DNA of 64,000 nt from Candidatus Nomurabacteria bacterium (GTDB lineage Bacteria; Patescibacteriota; Minisyncoccia; Phycocordibacterales; UBA2100), in assembly GCA_943356775.1 (NCBI GenBank), contig CALRFU010000004.1:8546-72545 (forward strand). The letters run 5' to 3'. Positions 46,403 through 55,411 of this stretch are shown here, in pieces; position 1 is the stretch's first letter; the number at the start of each line of letters is the position of its first letter. The position numbers and the translations under genes were made by a program. The notes under the pieces are model-generated. The model saw only the letters and a program-made list of their open reading frames with translations, made no database searches and was not told where the DNA came from.

Positions 46403-48853
46403 TTATTGCACCATAAAGGTGATGGCGCGTTCCTCGCGCGTCCCGTCTATGTGTAATGCGACTGCTCGGAGGCTCACAAAGCCCGCAGCGCCCGGCTGGT
46501 AGGAGATAAGGTACGGAGACTGGCCTGAGGTGCCTACGAGCGCGCCATTGGCAAAATAAGAGACATTGAGGATGGTCTGTGGTTGCGGTGACTCGGCTCC
46601 GAATGTTACAGTCGCACCGAAAGGAATTGTGGCACCCGCACGCGGAGAAGCGATACGGAATCCTTCAGTGGAAGAGGGGGGCTTGTTTGGATCAATTTGA
46701 CCCGGGGTTGTGCTCGCGGGTTGACCTCCCGACCAGAGCGACACAGGATAGTCCCAATAGGAAAACTGAGGGTCGCTCGCTGGATTCGCAGGGCGTCCAC
46801 CTCGGGGGTTGTCCTTGTTGACCCAGTAGAGAATATCGTGGACACCCTGGGAGGAATCGCTGTTCCAGTTACCTTTGAGGACTTCCGGCATCGTCGCAAC
46901 ATCCGAATCCGGACCTGGGGCAGGGAATGTGTCCGACGGTGAGGAATACTTCGAGAGCGCGTGCACCATAAAATCATGCCAGAGAGGAGCAATGATGAAT
47001 GAGGCCGGGTTGTTCACCATCGACGAGCCGTTGTTGTTACCTGTCCAGGCGCCGACGCTGATGCTTGGCGTGTACCCGATAATCCATGCATCATCGAAGT
47101 TATCCGTGGTTCCTGTTTTTGCCGCGACCTGATAGCCGGGGAAAAAGAGCGGTGAATTGAGACCGAATTCAGGGGAGCGCGCGACGTTGTCCGAAAGGAT
47201 GTCGTTGATGAGCCGTGCGATACGGGGCTCAAGAACGCGCGAGCTTTCTTGTTGGTACGTTTCGAGAATGTTGCCCTCGGTATCTTCGACTCGGAGTATT
47301 CCTGTCGGAGGATTTTTGATACCATCATTCGCGAAAACGCCATATGCACCCGTCATGTCGAGGAGTTTGACCTCTCCGCCTCCGAGCACGAGCGGCAATC
47401 CGTAGTGGTCGGGTGAAAGGTTGAGCGTTGTGATGCCGAGGTTGTGCGCAGTATCAATCGAATTCCGGATGCCTGCGAGGTAGAGGAGTTTGATGGCGGG
47501 AATGTTTTCCGAACGCGCGAGCGCGGCGCGTAATTTCATCGGCCCCTCGAAGCCTCCGTCGAAGTTGCCCGGCGCGTAACACGGATAGGTGCTGTTCGTC
47601 ACGTCGCTCGGCGCACACGCGGTCGAAAACTGTGTCGCGAGGTCGAAAATAACCGTGTCGGGCGTGTATCCTTTTTCGAATGCGGTTGCGTAGACGAACG
47701 GCTTGAATGAAGATCCCGGCTGACGGTTGGCGACGGCTATATTTACTTTGCCGTCGATTGTCTCGTCGAAGTATCCCTTGGAGCCGACCATGGCAAGTAT
47801 CTGCCCGGTCTTCGGGTCGGTAGCGACGATGCCCTGATTCGACGCATTCAAATTCTTCAAGAGGCCCGGTGCAAATTTTGCAACACTCTCCTCGGCCTTT
47901 TGCTGCAAGTCATAGTCGAGAGTTGTCACCACGTGGAGACCGACCTGGTTCACCACATCCGCACCGTACTTTTGCTCGAGGTATTCTTGAATATAAAAGA
48001 CAAAGTGCGGTGCCTTGATGCCCGCGTTCTTCGGGTCCTTGAATTCGACGCTCTCACCTTGCGCTTGATCGTGTTCCTCTTGCGTGATGAGGTTATTCTC
48101 GAGCATTTTCGCGAGGACGAGATTTTTGCGCGCATCAAGCGCATCTTTGTGGTTACCGTACGGAGAGAAATACGTCGGCTTTTGTGGGAGTGCGGCTATG
48201 TAGGCCGCTTGTGCCAAGTCGACGTCCTTTGCAGGGATGCCGAAGAAGTATTGGCTCGCTTCTTCGACGCCGTAAATCGTGCCGCCGTACGGGGTTTCAT
48301 TGAGGTAGGTGTTGAGAATCTGGTCTTTGGTGTATACGCGAGTGAGTCGAAGGGCGAGGATTATTTCTTTTACTTTGCGTGTGACGGTTTTGTCTTGCGT
48401 GAGGAGAGCGTTTTTTACAACCTGCTGCGTGATGGTCGAGCCGCCCTGTCCGCTCAAGAGATTGCCGCGCGTCAGGTTTGTCCACATGGCGCTCACGAGT
48501 CTTAGGGGGCGGAAGCCGGCGTTTTCATAGAAGGTCGCGTCCTCAATCGCTATCGCCGCTTTCTGAATGTACGGAGAAATCTCTTCGAGCGGAACAGACG
48601 TGCGTCGCATGGTGCCGTGCACATCGTAGAGAACAATATTTCCCGTCCGGTCGAATATTTTAGTCGATTGCGCGACTTGTCGATTCTCAAAATCGTTGAT
48701 TGCGGGTATTGGCATGATGGTTGCCCACACTATGCCGCCCCCTACAATGAGAAGTGTCGCTATGGTAACAAGGAGGAGTCCCACCTCAATCCATCGCGGC
48801 ATGCTACGCCAAATATATTTGATGCGGCGAAAAAACCCTCGTTTTGCGACCAT
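46403..48853 (-). CDS. Class A penicillin-binding protein with C-terminal Ig-like domain
   Basis: IED..FY, GGSTITQQ, RKVKE, RQPGSSFKP, SEN, KTGT. Confidence 0.95.
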   Translation of the reverse strand: MVAKRGFFRRIKYIWRSMPRWIEVGLLLVTIATLLIVGGGIVWATIMPIPAINDFENRQVAQSTKIFDRTGNIVLYDVHGTMRRTSVPLEEISPYIQKAAIAIEDATFYENAGFRPLRLVSAMWTNLTRGNLLSGQGGSTITQQVVKNALLTQDKTVTRKVKEIILALRLTRVYTKDQILNTYLNETPYGGTIYGVEEASQYFFGIPAKDVDLAQAAYIAALPQKPTYFSPYGNHKDALDARKNLVLAKMLENNLITQEEHDQAQGESVEFKDPKNAGIKAPHFVFYIQEYLEQKYGADVVNQVGLHVVTTLDYDLQQKAEESVAKFAPGLLKNLNASNQGIVATDPKTGQILAMVGSKGYFDETIDGKVNIAVANRQPGSSFKPFVYATAFEKGYTPDTVIFDLATQFSTACAPSDVTNSTYPCYAPGNFDGGFEGPMKLRAALARSENIPAIKLLYLAGIRNSIDTAHNLGITTLNLSPDHYGLPLVLGGGEVKLLDMTGAYGVFANDGIKNPPTGILRVEDTEGNILETYQQESSRVLEPRIARLINDILSDNVARSPEFGLNSPLFFPGYQVAAKTGTTDNFDDAWIIGYTPSISVGAWTGNNNGSSMVNNPASFIIAPLWHDFMVHALSKYSSPSDTFPAPGPDSDVATMPEVLKGNWNSDSSQGVHDILYWVNKDNPRGGRPANPASDPQFSYWDYPVSLWSGGQPASTTPGQIDPNKPPSSTEGFRIASPRAGATIPFGATVTFGAESPQPQTILNVSYFANGALVGTSGQSPYLISYQPGAAGFVSLRAVALHIDGTREERAITFMVQ

Positions 48854-48890
48854 ATATCTCGTCTATTGTATTCTTTTTCGATGTTTTTAG

Positions 48891-49370
48891 CTATGTGATG
48901 CGCACCCGGGAGAGGTGCGTGACCGCGATAGCAATGGCATCGTACTCGTCGTCATGTGCTATTTCTTTTTCTATCTTTATAAGCACATGAAGCATCCGCG
49001 CGACGGCTTTCTTGTCCGCGCTGCCGTTTCCCGCCGCGGCGCTCTTTACTTCGCCTGGTGTGTATTCGAAAACCTTGACGCCCGCACTTTGCGCCGTGTT
49101 GATGAGCGCACCGCGTACCTCGGCGACGCGCATCGCGGTCTTTTGATTATTAGAAAAATATAATTTTTCGAGCGCCACACAATCAGGGTCGTGTTCTGTA
49201 ATGAGTAGGGCGCACTCCTGCGCCACTTGTGAGAGGCGTTCCGCGAATTCTGTCTTTGCCGAAGTTTCGATGCAAGCCGAATAAATTAAAACTTCTTTTC
49301 CGCCGTTATTTTTCTCCACGACGGCGACACCACATCGCCCGTAGCCAGGGTCAATCGCGAGCACTTTCAT
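48891..49370 (-). CDS. ruvC: Holliday junction resolvase RuvC
   Basis: LAIDPG, ALEKLYF, EYTP.EVK, DDEYDAIAIA. Confidence 0.95.
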   Translation of the reverse strand: MKVLAIDPGYGRCGVAVVEKNNGGKEVLIYSACIETSAKTEFAERLSQVAQECALLITEHDPDCVALEKLYFSNNQKTAMRVAEVRGALINTAQSAGVKVFEYTPGEVKSAAAGNGSADKKAVARMLHVLIKIEKEIAHDDEYDAIAIAVTHLSRVRIT

Positions 49371-49497
49371 GGGTTGAGTATAGCCCAAAGAAAAACCACC
49401 TGCGTTGCGGATGCTTTTCGCTAGTGGCATGATTCCGGTAGGCCTGTACACGGTCTCAGATGTAACCCTAAACGCGCTGCGGCGCAGGGAGGATACG

Positions 49498-50391
49498 ATG
49501 CCCAACATCGCTCGTCATCGCCAAATTCTGGCCACGCTCGAGCCGTTCGTCGCTGAACAAACACGCCTCCATGAGAGCCGGCAGAAACTTTGGTTTCCAT
49601 CGGAACTCTTGGCGGATGCCCCCCAGACATTCAGGTTGGACCCGAAAGTCGGGGCGCTTCTTGTCCTCAACACGCTCACCGAGGAGGGCTTGCCAAGCTT
49701 TCATCGATTGCTGGCGACCAATCTCGGCGAGAGTCCTGCGTTGGTCAGCTGGACTGATCTGTGGACGGCAGAAGAAGATCGACACGGCGCAGTGCTGCAT
49801 GACTATCTTCTTCGTGTGAGCAACGTCAACATGGTCGAAGTGGAGCGTATGCAATACAGCTACCTCCGCCAGGGATTCCGTCCGCACTGGCAGTCGGACC
49901 CGTACCTGCTCTTCGCCTACACCGCCCTTCAGGAGTGGGCGACGCAGATCGCCCACCAAAACATCTCGAGCGAGCTCCTCCGCGGTGGAGAGCCTGTCCT
50001 CGAGGGAATCGTCAGCAAGATCGCGAAGGAGGAGGCGAAGCATCTTGCCTTCTACCGCTCCATCTTGGCCAAGCTTTTGGAACATGACCCTGATGATGTT
50101 CTCGCGGCACTAGCCGAAGTCATGATGAGGTTCCACATGCCGGGGAGTAACATTCCAGGCTTCCTTGAGCTCACGACGTTGTCCAATGATACGAAGATGT
50201 TCACTCCGTATGATTACGCGAAGATCGTGAGAGGTACAGGTATATTTCTCGGGCTCATCGAGATTCAGGGGCTCGGCGATGAAGGGAAACGGGCACGGGA
50301 CGCCATTCTCGCACTCCCGGATCGCCTCGAGAAGATTGCGGCGCGGAAGGTGCGATTCGAGATGCCTCGGTTCCCGTTCCTGATCACATAA
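49498..50391 (+). CDS. Acyl-ACP desaturase family diiron protein
   Basis: TEEGLPSF, WTAEEDRHG, QE.AT...H, EEAKH, F.MPG; GGAGG RBS. Confidence 0.88.
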   Translation: MPNIARHRQILATLEPFVAEQTRLHESRQKLWFPSELLADAPQTFRLDPKVGALLVLNTLTEEGLPSFHRLLATNLGESPALVSWTDLWTAEEDRHGAVLHDYLLRVSNVNMVEVERMQYSYLRQGFRPHWQSDPYLLFAYTALQEWATQIAHQNISSELLRGGEPVLEGIVSKIAKEEAKHLAFYRSILAKLLEHDPDDVLAALAEVMMRFHMPGSNIPGFLELTTLSNDTKMFTPYDYAKIVRGTGIFLGLIEIQGLGDEGKRARDAILALPDRLEKIAARKVRFEMPRFPFLIT

Positions 50392-50403
50392 GGCGACCAC
50401 TTC

Positions 50404-50443
50404 GGGCGCGGCGGGAGATTCTCCGTCGCGCCCGCCTTCTTTT
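50404..50443 (+). terminator. Terminator after desaturase
   Basis: GGGCGCGGCGG...CCGTCGCGCCC followed by T-tract. Confidence 0.65.
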
Positions 50444-50464
50444 AAAAGGTGCTACGATATTGAA

Positions 50465-50959
50465 ATGAAATCCAAGGCAGTACGCAGCGCACTTTTCCTG
50501 CGCAACGTGGTCTTCGGCGTGGAAGATGGGCTGGTATCGACTGTCGGACTTCTCTCGGGAATCGCGATTGCGGGCGTCCCGCGCGAAACAATATTTCTGA
50601 CAGGCGTCATTCTCATTTTTGTCGAAGCTTTTTCAATGGCGGTGGGAAGCTTCCTCTCGGAAGCGTCGGTGGAGGAAATGGATGGGGGAGAAGATGATAC
50701 GCGGGGTTCGGTCATGGCCGGGGTCATCATGTTTGCCTCGTATTTCGTCGCAGGCATCATTCCTCTTTCCCCGTACCTCGTTTTCAATGTCGAGCAGGCG
50801 TTCGCGGTTTCCGTCGCAGGTTCCGTGTTCGCACTTTTCATTCTCGGTTACTGGAGTGGAAGGAAAACGAAAACAGCGAGGCAAAAAGCCGTGCGCATGG
50901 CACTCGTCGGCGGCCTCGCGATTCTCGTCGGCGTCTTCGCGGGAAGTCTGCTCACCTGA
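50465..50959 (+). CDS. VIT1/CCC1 family Fe/Mn transporter
   Basis: VFGVEDGLVST.GL, AFSMAVG.FLS, G.IPL.PY. Confidence 0.9.
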   Translation: MKSKAVRSALFLRNVVFGVEDGLVSTVGLLSGIAIAGVPRETIFLTGVILIFVEAFSMAVGSFLSEASVEEMDGGEDDTRGSVMAGVIMFASYFVAGIIPLSPYLVFNVEQAFAVSVAGSVFALFILGYWSGRKTKTARQKAVRMALVGGLAILVGVFAGSLLT

Positions 50960-51336
50960 TGTTGCTATAAAAAAAGACAACCCTCCTGCGTGTGCGGTGT
51001 GGGTTGTCAGTCTTTTGTGCCCGGCGTTGACGTGCCGCACGGCGAGCTCCGGATCCGGACGGGTCTGCGTCCAGGCCCGCACCCGGAAGAGATTCCTCAG
51101 GTCGCGGGCATTCTTGCAGATGAGACCCATCGCAAGCTTGCCGCTCTGTGCGGAATCCGCGTGCGGCAATCGCGGGGAAGCGGCGGGCGCGGGTGTCGCG
51201 AACGCTACTAAGCCCATGATGGCTACGACGCAGGGCTGAATAATTTTCATCACGCCTCACTTTCCGGTCAGGTGCTTAATTGCAAGACCGGCAGCCGCCA
51301 CCATAGCATGGGCGGTTTTTGTACGAAAATACAAGC

Positions 51337-51867
51337 CTATTCCGCGTTCGTGTAGACTTCCTGCACGTCGTCGTACGCGTCTATCTTCTCCAGAATTTGC
51401 ATGAGTTTCTCATCGTCTTCCGCTGAAAGCGGAACGGTGGTTTTCGGCGTGTATCCCTCAGCAGTTTTTTCAAACGCCCACAAAGCGCTTCCTTGGGAGG
51501 CGAGCACGAGACCGTTTTCAGAAAGGAGGTGTTTTATTTCTTGCGCCGTTCTGTTCCTGCTATCGGTGAGCGCCTCTATCACGATTGCGCATCCCCCCGG
51601 TCCGTACGTTTCATAGGTTATCGCTTCAAGCGCGGCCGCATCCTTCGCAGTCCCTTTTGCTATCGCACGCTCGATACTATCCTTCGGCATATTTTCTTTC
51701 TTCGCTGTTTCGATGATTGCGCGAAGCCCTGGCAAGGTTACATCACCCTTCGCCTGCTTACTCTCCACTGCAATACGCTTGGCGAGCTTGCCCCACACTT
51801 TGCTTTTGTTGGAATCAGCAGCACCTTTTTGACGTTTTATTTGTGACCATTTGTTGTGACCTCCCAT
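51337..51867 (-). CDS. yebC: YebC/PmpR family protein (short, 176 aa)
   Basis: MGGHNKWSQIK, MPKD.IERAI, YE.YGPGG, DDVQEVYTN. Confidence 0.95.
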   Translation of the reverse strand: MGGHNKWSQIKRQKGAADSNKSKVWGKLAKRIAVESKQAKGDVTLPGLRAIIETAKKENMPKDSIERAIAKGTAKDAAALEAITYETYGPGGCAIVIEALTDSRNRTAQEIKHLLSENGLVLASQGSALWAFEKTAEGYTPKTTVPLSAEDDEKLMQILEKIDAYDDVQEVYTNAE

Positions 51868-51887
51868 CGCGGTAGTATAGTAAAACA

Positions 51888-52922
51888 ATGGCAGAAAATA
51901 CAGGAGAGAGGATTTTGAGCTCTGCAGACGTATCTCGAAGGAGATTTCTGTCCGCAGCTGCTGTATTTGCGGCGAGTTTGCCAACCGCAGCCGTTGCACA
52001 GGGACAAAGCCAGGAGTATGTCAGCTCGTCTGAACTGGTCGCGGTGTTTCCGCCGGTCAAGGCAAACGGAGTTGATGCCAACTTTCAGTTTGTCGGGGCA
52101 GCGCATGCCCCGCGGACTTTTCTTAATCCAAAACTACGCCAATCGCTTGAGGAGCAAATCAAAAGTGCAACATTTGTGACACTCGAGATATTTACGCCGT
52201 CCATACAGGCAATGGTTTGGGAGTTAATACGGATTGGCGACGCAGAAATACCCACGAGCCTGTTGAAACAGGAAGGATTCTTCTTCGCTGGTTGCGCATA
52301 TCTTGCTTGGAAACATAAGAAAGACATCGTGGTCACCAATCCGCAGGGCGCCGGAGATGGCATTGGAGAGACGCTCATTGAAATTGAACACCTTTTGGCG
52401 GATCGCAGAATCTCTCTCGTTCAGACCGCGGCGATCGCGGGCGTTGCTCCCCTGTTAGGCGCCGCGGGTGTTGGTTCGACCCGGCGCTGGGTGCTAAAAG
52501 CGCCGATCGCCGCAGCCGCGGCAGTTGCAACGACTGTGTTTGGTGGCGCAACATTGGACAAGATTGAAACAGACCAGATATACACAAAACTTGTTAAGCT
52601 TCTAGAAAAATACAAAAGCAACAATCCTCATTTTACCGAAGAGGATGTGAAAGATTTTGGGCACGCGCTTCCGCATATTATTAGGTGGAGAGACAGGCAA
52701 ACAAGTCGTGGGCTTTTGAAGGCCATGAAGATATATGACACAAAGGGAACCGTTGCAGGAATCTTCGGCACGTACCACGCAGGCATGAGGAGCGACGTGA
52801 GAGATGGCCACTGGGTTGATACTGACACATATCCGTATCATCGTCTTCTGGGTACCTCCACCATCCGGAAGTTCACATGGTCGCAAGCGGGATATAAGGC
52901 AGAGGAGCCAGTACCGTTCTGA
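51888..52922 (+). CDS. Hypothetical protein with twin-arginine-like signal
   Basis: VSRRRFLSAAAV...AVA; second internal STRRWVL + hydrophobic segment. Confidence 0.75.
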   Translation: MAENTGERILSSADVSRRRFLSAAAVFAASLPTAAVAQGQSQEYVSSSELVAVFPPVKANGVDANFQFVGAAHAPRTFLNPKLRQSLEEQIKSATFVTLEIFTPSIQAMVWELIRIGDAEIPTSLLKQEGFFFAGCAYLAWKHKKDIVVTNPQGAGDGIGETLIEIEHLLADRRISLVQTAAIAGVAPLLGAAGVGSTRRWVLKAPIAAAAAVATTVFGGATLDKIETDQIYTKLVKLLEKYKSNNPHFTEEDVKDFGHALPHIIRWRDRQTSRGLLKAMKIYDTKGTVAGIFGTYHAGMRSDVRDGHWVDTDTYPYHRLLGTSTIRKFTWSQAGYKAEEPVPF

Positions 52923-53029
52923 ACGCGTCGTGCCAGTTATTCACACCTCTATCCACTCGAAATCCACCGTTTTTGAGGTTTGTCGCGTTGCCCACGGTTT
53001 TTTCTATACGGTATTATTTTCTTTATCGA

Positions 53030-53260
53030 TGCGCTTTACCGTGCGTCGGTCGCTTCCGAAAGAGATTATAGAAATGTAGTCACACCCGAAAGCAATTCCC
53101 AGGATATATCGGGGCGAAAGCCTTTGAAACAGTGCGGGAACAGGTGGCTAGAGCAATGAGGTGATGTGTTGGGTGAGATGAGATTACATCAAGTCGAATC
53201 AGGCAGGTCATTCATCCGAAATAGTCGTAAAACAAAAGGCTCCCGAAAGGGAGCTTTGTG
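53030..53260 (+). ncRNA. Candidate ~230-nt structured RNA
   Basis: Several G-U-containing stems, GAAA loops, terminal hairpin GGCTCCC-GAAA-GGGAGCT; no credible ORF. Confidence 0.55.
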
Positions 53261-53361
53261 CTTACCGTGCGTATGCAACATAGTGTACAGTACAAAAAAA
53301 GTTTTTTTGCATTATCCCCACCCCCGTCGAAGTCTACAGAATCCCAATGCATACTTCATGT

Positions 53362-54048
53362 ATGAGTGAGGGCGTTGGGCCGGATAAGAAAATCTCGAGA
53401 CGGGATATTTTACTTGGAACGGCGGCGGTCGGAGCGGCCTCCGCGCTCGCAGCCTGTGGTCCTAGCGAACAAAACCCGGCAGAAAAGAAACCAGAAGTGG
53501 CTCCCAATAGAGAAATCATAAAGGAAAAGTTGAGCGACAGACAAGAACGACGTGTGCAGAATATCATCGACGACGCGATTGATAAGTATGACACCATGGG
53601 GAAGGTTTTGTTCGAGGTGCAAAATGGCGCGCTCCCAAAAAATTATCGGCAATTTGTCATACTCAAAACCTATGGCACCCGATACACGGAACAAGGAATG
53701 GATTTCGGTGAAACTATCATAGCGAGACGTGACGAGCTTCTTAAAAGTGATTCATTCAAGCGAGATTTCCTGCGAGCACTTTTGGCGCGAGGTTATTTTA
53801 AACCACTTACGCGGCGTCAGGAAGACAATTTGTACAAGCATGATGAGGCTTATTCGAATTTTCGTTATCAAATGTGGATGGAAATGTCTGGTGCGCGGAT
53901 TGGAGATGCGCCGGGGGGACTTAAACCCGAGCAATTGAATTCGCAAGAGTTCGAAGCAAGTGCCTCTCGTCTGGGACTTTCCGCAAGATATTACAACTCA
54001 TCTCGCAACGGAGTTTCTTTTAAATGGTATTACAGTTGGCGCAGCTAG
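53362..54048 (+). CDS. Hypothetical lipoprotein with twin-arginine-like signal
   Basis: ISRRDILLG...LAAC lipobox. Confidence 0.75.
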   Translation: MSEGVGPDKKISRRDILLGTAAVGAASALAACGPSEQNPAEKKPEVAPNREIIKEKLSDRQERRVQNIIDDAIDKYDTMGKVLFEVQNGALPKNYRQFVILKTYGTRYTEQGMDFGETIIARRDELLKSDSFKRDFLRALLARGYFKPLTRRQEDNLYKHDEAYSNFRYQMWMEMSGARIGDAPGGLKPEQLNSQEFEASASRLGLSARYYNSSRNGVSFKWYYSWRS

Positions 54049-55058
54049 AGTAATGCGGATTGCGCGGTTGGCACATCCGCGCCCATGTGCTCGTAGCCTT
54101 TCTTTGTGACCGTTCTTCCGCGCGGGGTTCTTTCAATAAGACCGGTTTGCATGAGGTACGGTTCGTTTACTTCTTCTATCGTCGCCTCTTCTTCTGAGAG
54201 CGCCGCGGCGATGGTCTTCAGACCGACGGGACCGCCATTAAATTTCTCGATGAGAAGTGTCAAGATGTCGCGGTCGGTTTGGTTGAGCCCGCCCTCGTCT
54301 ATTTCCAGAAGTGCGAGCGCTTTTTTCACCGTCTTCAAATTCAAAGGTTCTTCGTTCACCGATGCAAAATCGCGCGCGCGCTTCAGTAAGTAGTTGGCGG
54401 TGCGCGGGGTGGAGCGGCTACGCTTCGAGACTTCTTTGAGCGAATCAAGATCGATATCGATAGTTAAAATCTTTGCTGACCGACGCAAGATTTCCGCAAT
54501 CTCATCATCGGTATAGTACTGCAGTCGGAATGTGCCACCAGAAAATCGTGAGCGAAGTGGTGCCGAGAGCATCGAGATGCGCGTGGTGGCGGCGATAAGC
54601 GTAAATGGCGGAAGTTCGAGCTGCACGGTGCGCGCCGAGGGACCTTTACCGATGACGATGTCCAAAACACCTGCTTCCATGGCGGGGTACATGACTTCCT
54701 CGATGGTGCGGTTGAGTCGATGAATTTCGTCGATGAAAAGCACGTCGCCGGGCGAGAGATTGGTGAGGATTGCGGCGAGGTCGCCGACGCGCTCAATTGC
54801 GGGCCCGGAAGTTGATCGGAGGTTGGCTCCGATTTCCTTCGCCATGAGGTGCGCGAGGGTGGTCTTGCCCAATCCCGGCGGACCATAGAGGAGCACGTGC
54901 TCGGGCTGATGGTTGCGGCCTTTGGCGGCCTGCAAAAGGATACGGAGATTCTCTTTGATAGCCTCCTGCCCCACGTATTCCGCCCATGAATCAGGACGAA
55001 GCGCTTGATCGAGGGAGCGCGGACTTTTTTCTATGATTTGTTGGTCTTTGTTTGTCAT
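54045..55058 (-). CDS. ruvB: Holliday junction helicase RuvB
   Basis: LRP, GPPGLGKTTLA, DEIHRL, GGPVGL, RTPRGR. Confidence 0.98.
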   Translation of the reverse strand: MTNKDQQIIEKSPRSLDQALRPDSWAEYVGQEAIKENLRILLQAAKGRNHQPEHVLLYGPPGLGKTTLAHLMAKEIGANLRSTSGPAIERVGDLAAILTNLSPGDVLFIDEIHRLNRTIEEVMYPAMEAGVLDIVIGKGPSARTVQLELPPFTLIAATTRISMLSAPLRSRFSGGTFRLQYYTDDEIAEILRRSAKILTIDIDLDSLKEVSKRSRSTPRTANYLLKRARDFASVNEEPLNLKTVKKALALLEIDEGGLNQTDRDILTLLIEKFNGGPVGLKTIAAALSEEEATIEEVNEPYLMQTGLIERTPRGRTVTKKGYEHMGADVPTAQSALL

Positions 55059-55103
55059 AAGTTGGCTTATTTGGGTCCTTTTGGACCGAAAGAAGGCGCC
55101 TCG

Positions 55104-55130
55104 GCCCGTTAGAGGCGGAGCTCTCTAACG
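55104..55130. repeat. Partial CCCGTTAGA...TCTAACG palindrome
   Basis: CGTTAGAG-N8-CTCTAACG; same arms as 4968-4998. Confidence 0.6.
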
Positions 55131-55164
55131 AACTTGACTTTTGGTTTATATATGCTACACTGTT

Positions 55165-55395
55165 GATTAGTATTCATATTTTCCTGACGGGGTTTCAATT
55201 CTCTCAACGATGGTGACTTTATCGAGGACGTAGCAGTCCTACCGCGTGCGGTAGGTAACTTCCGCCATCCTTAGATCCGCGTTGCACCTTTCTCCCGAAA
55301 GTGTCGCTGAGAGAATCGAGCCCCTCGTCAACTACTTGAACGATAGCACCCCCTTGCCACCGCGCAATCTGCCTGCGCAGGCGGGCGGGGTTTTG
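55165..55395 (+). ncRNA. Candidate structured ncRNA (6S-like?)
   Basis: TTGACT-N16-TACACT upstream; ~22-bp long-range stem TGACGGGGTTTCAATTCTCTCA / TGAGAGAATCGAGCCCCTCGTCA; strand not certain. Confidence 0.5.
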
Positions 55396-55411
55396 TGGTG
55401 TAAAAAGTTTG

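Noticed and set aside
53041-53260. Group II intron (begins GTGCG) or RNase P RNA
   Set aside because: No domain V helix and too short; GAGGAAAGTCC and CGGCTTA RNase P signatures absent.
55200-55355. tmRNA on the minus strand (GGGGGTG / GGGGCTCGATTC)
   Set aside because: No T-arm/acceptor 3' end and no tag reading frame.
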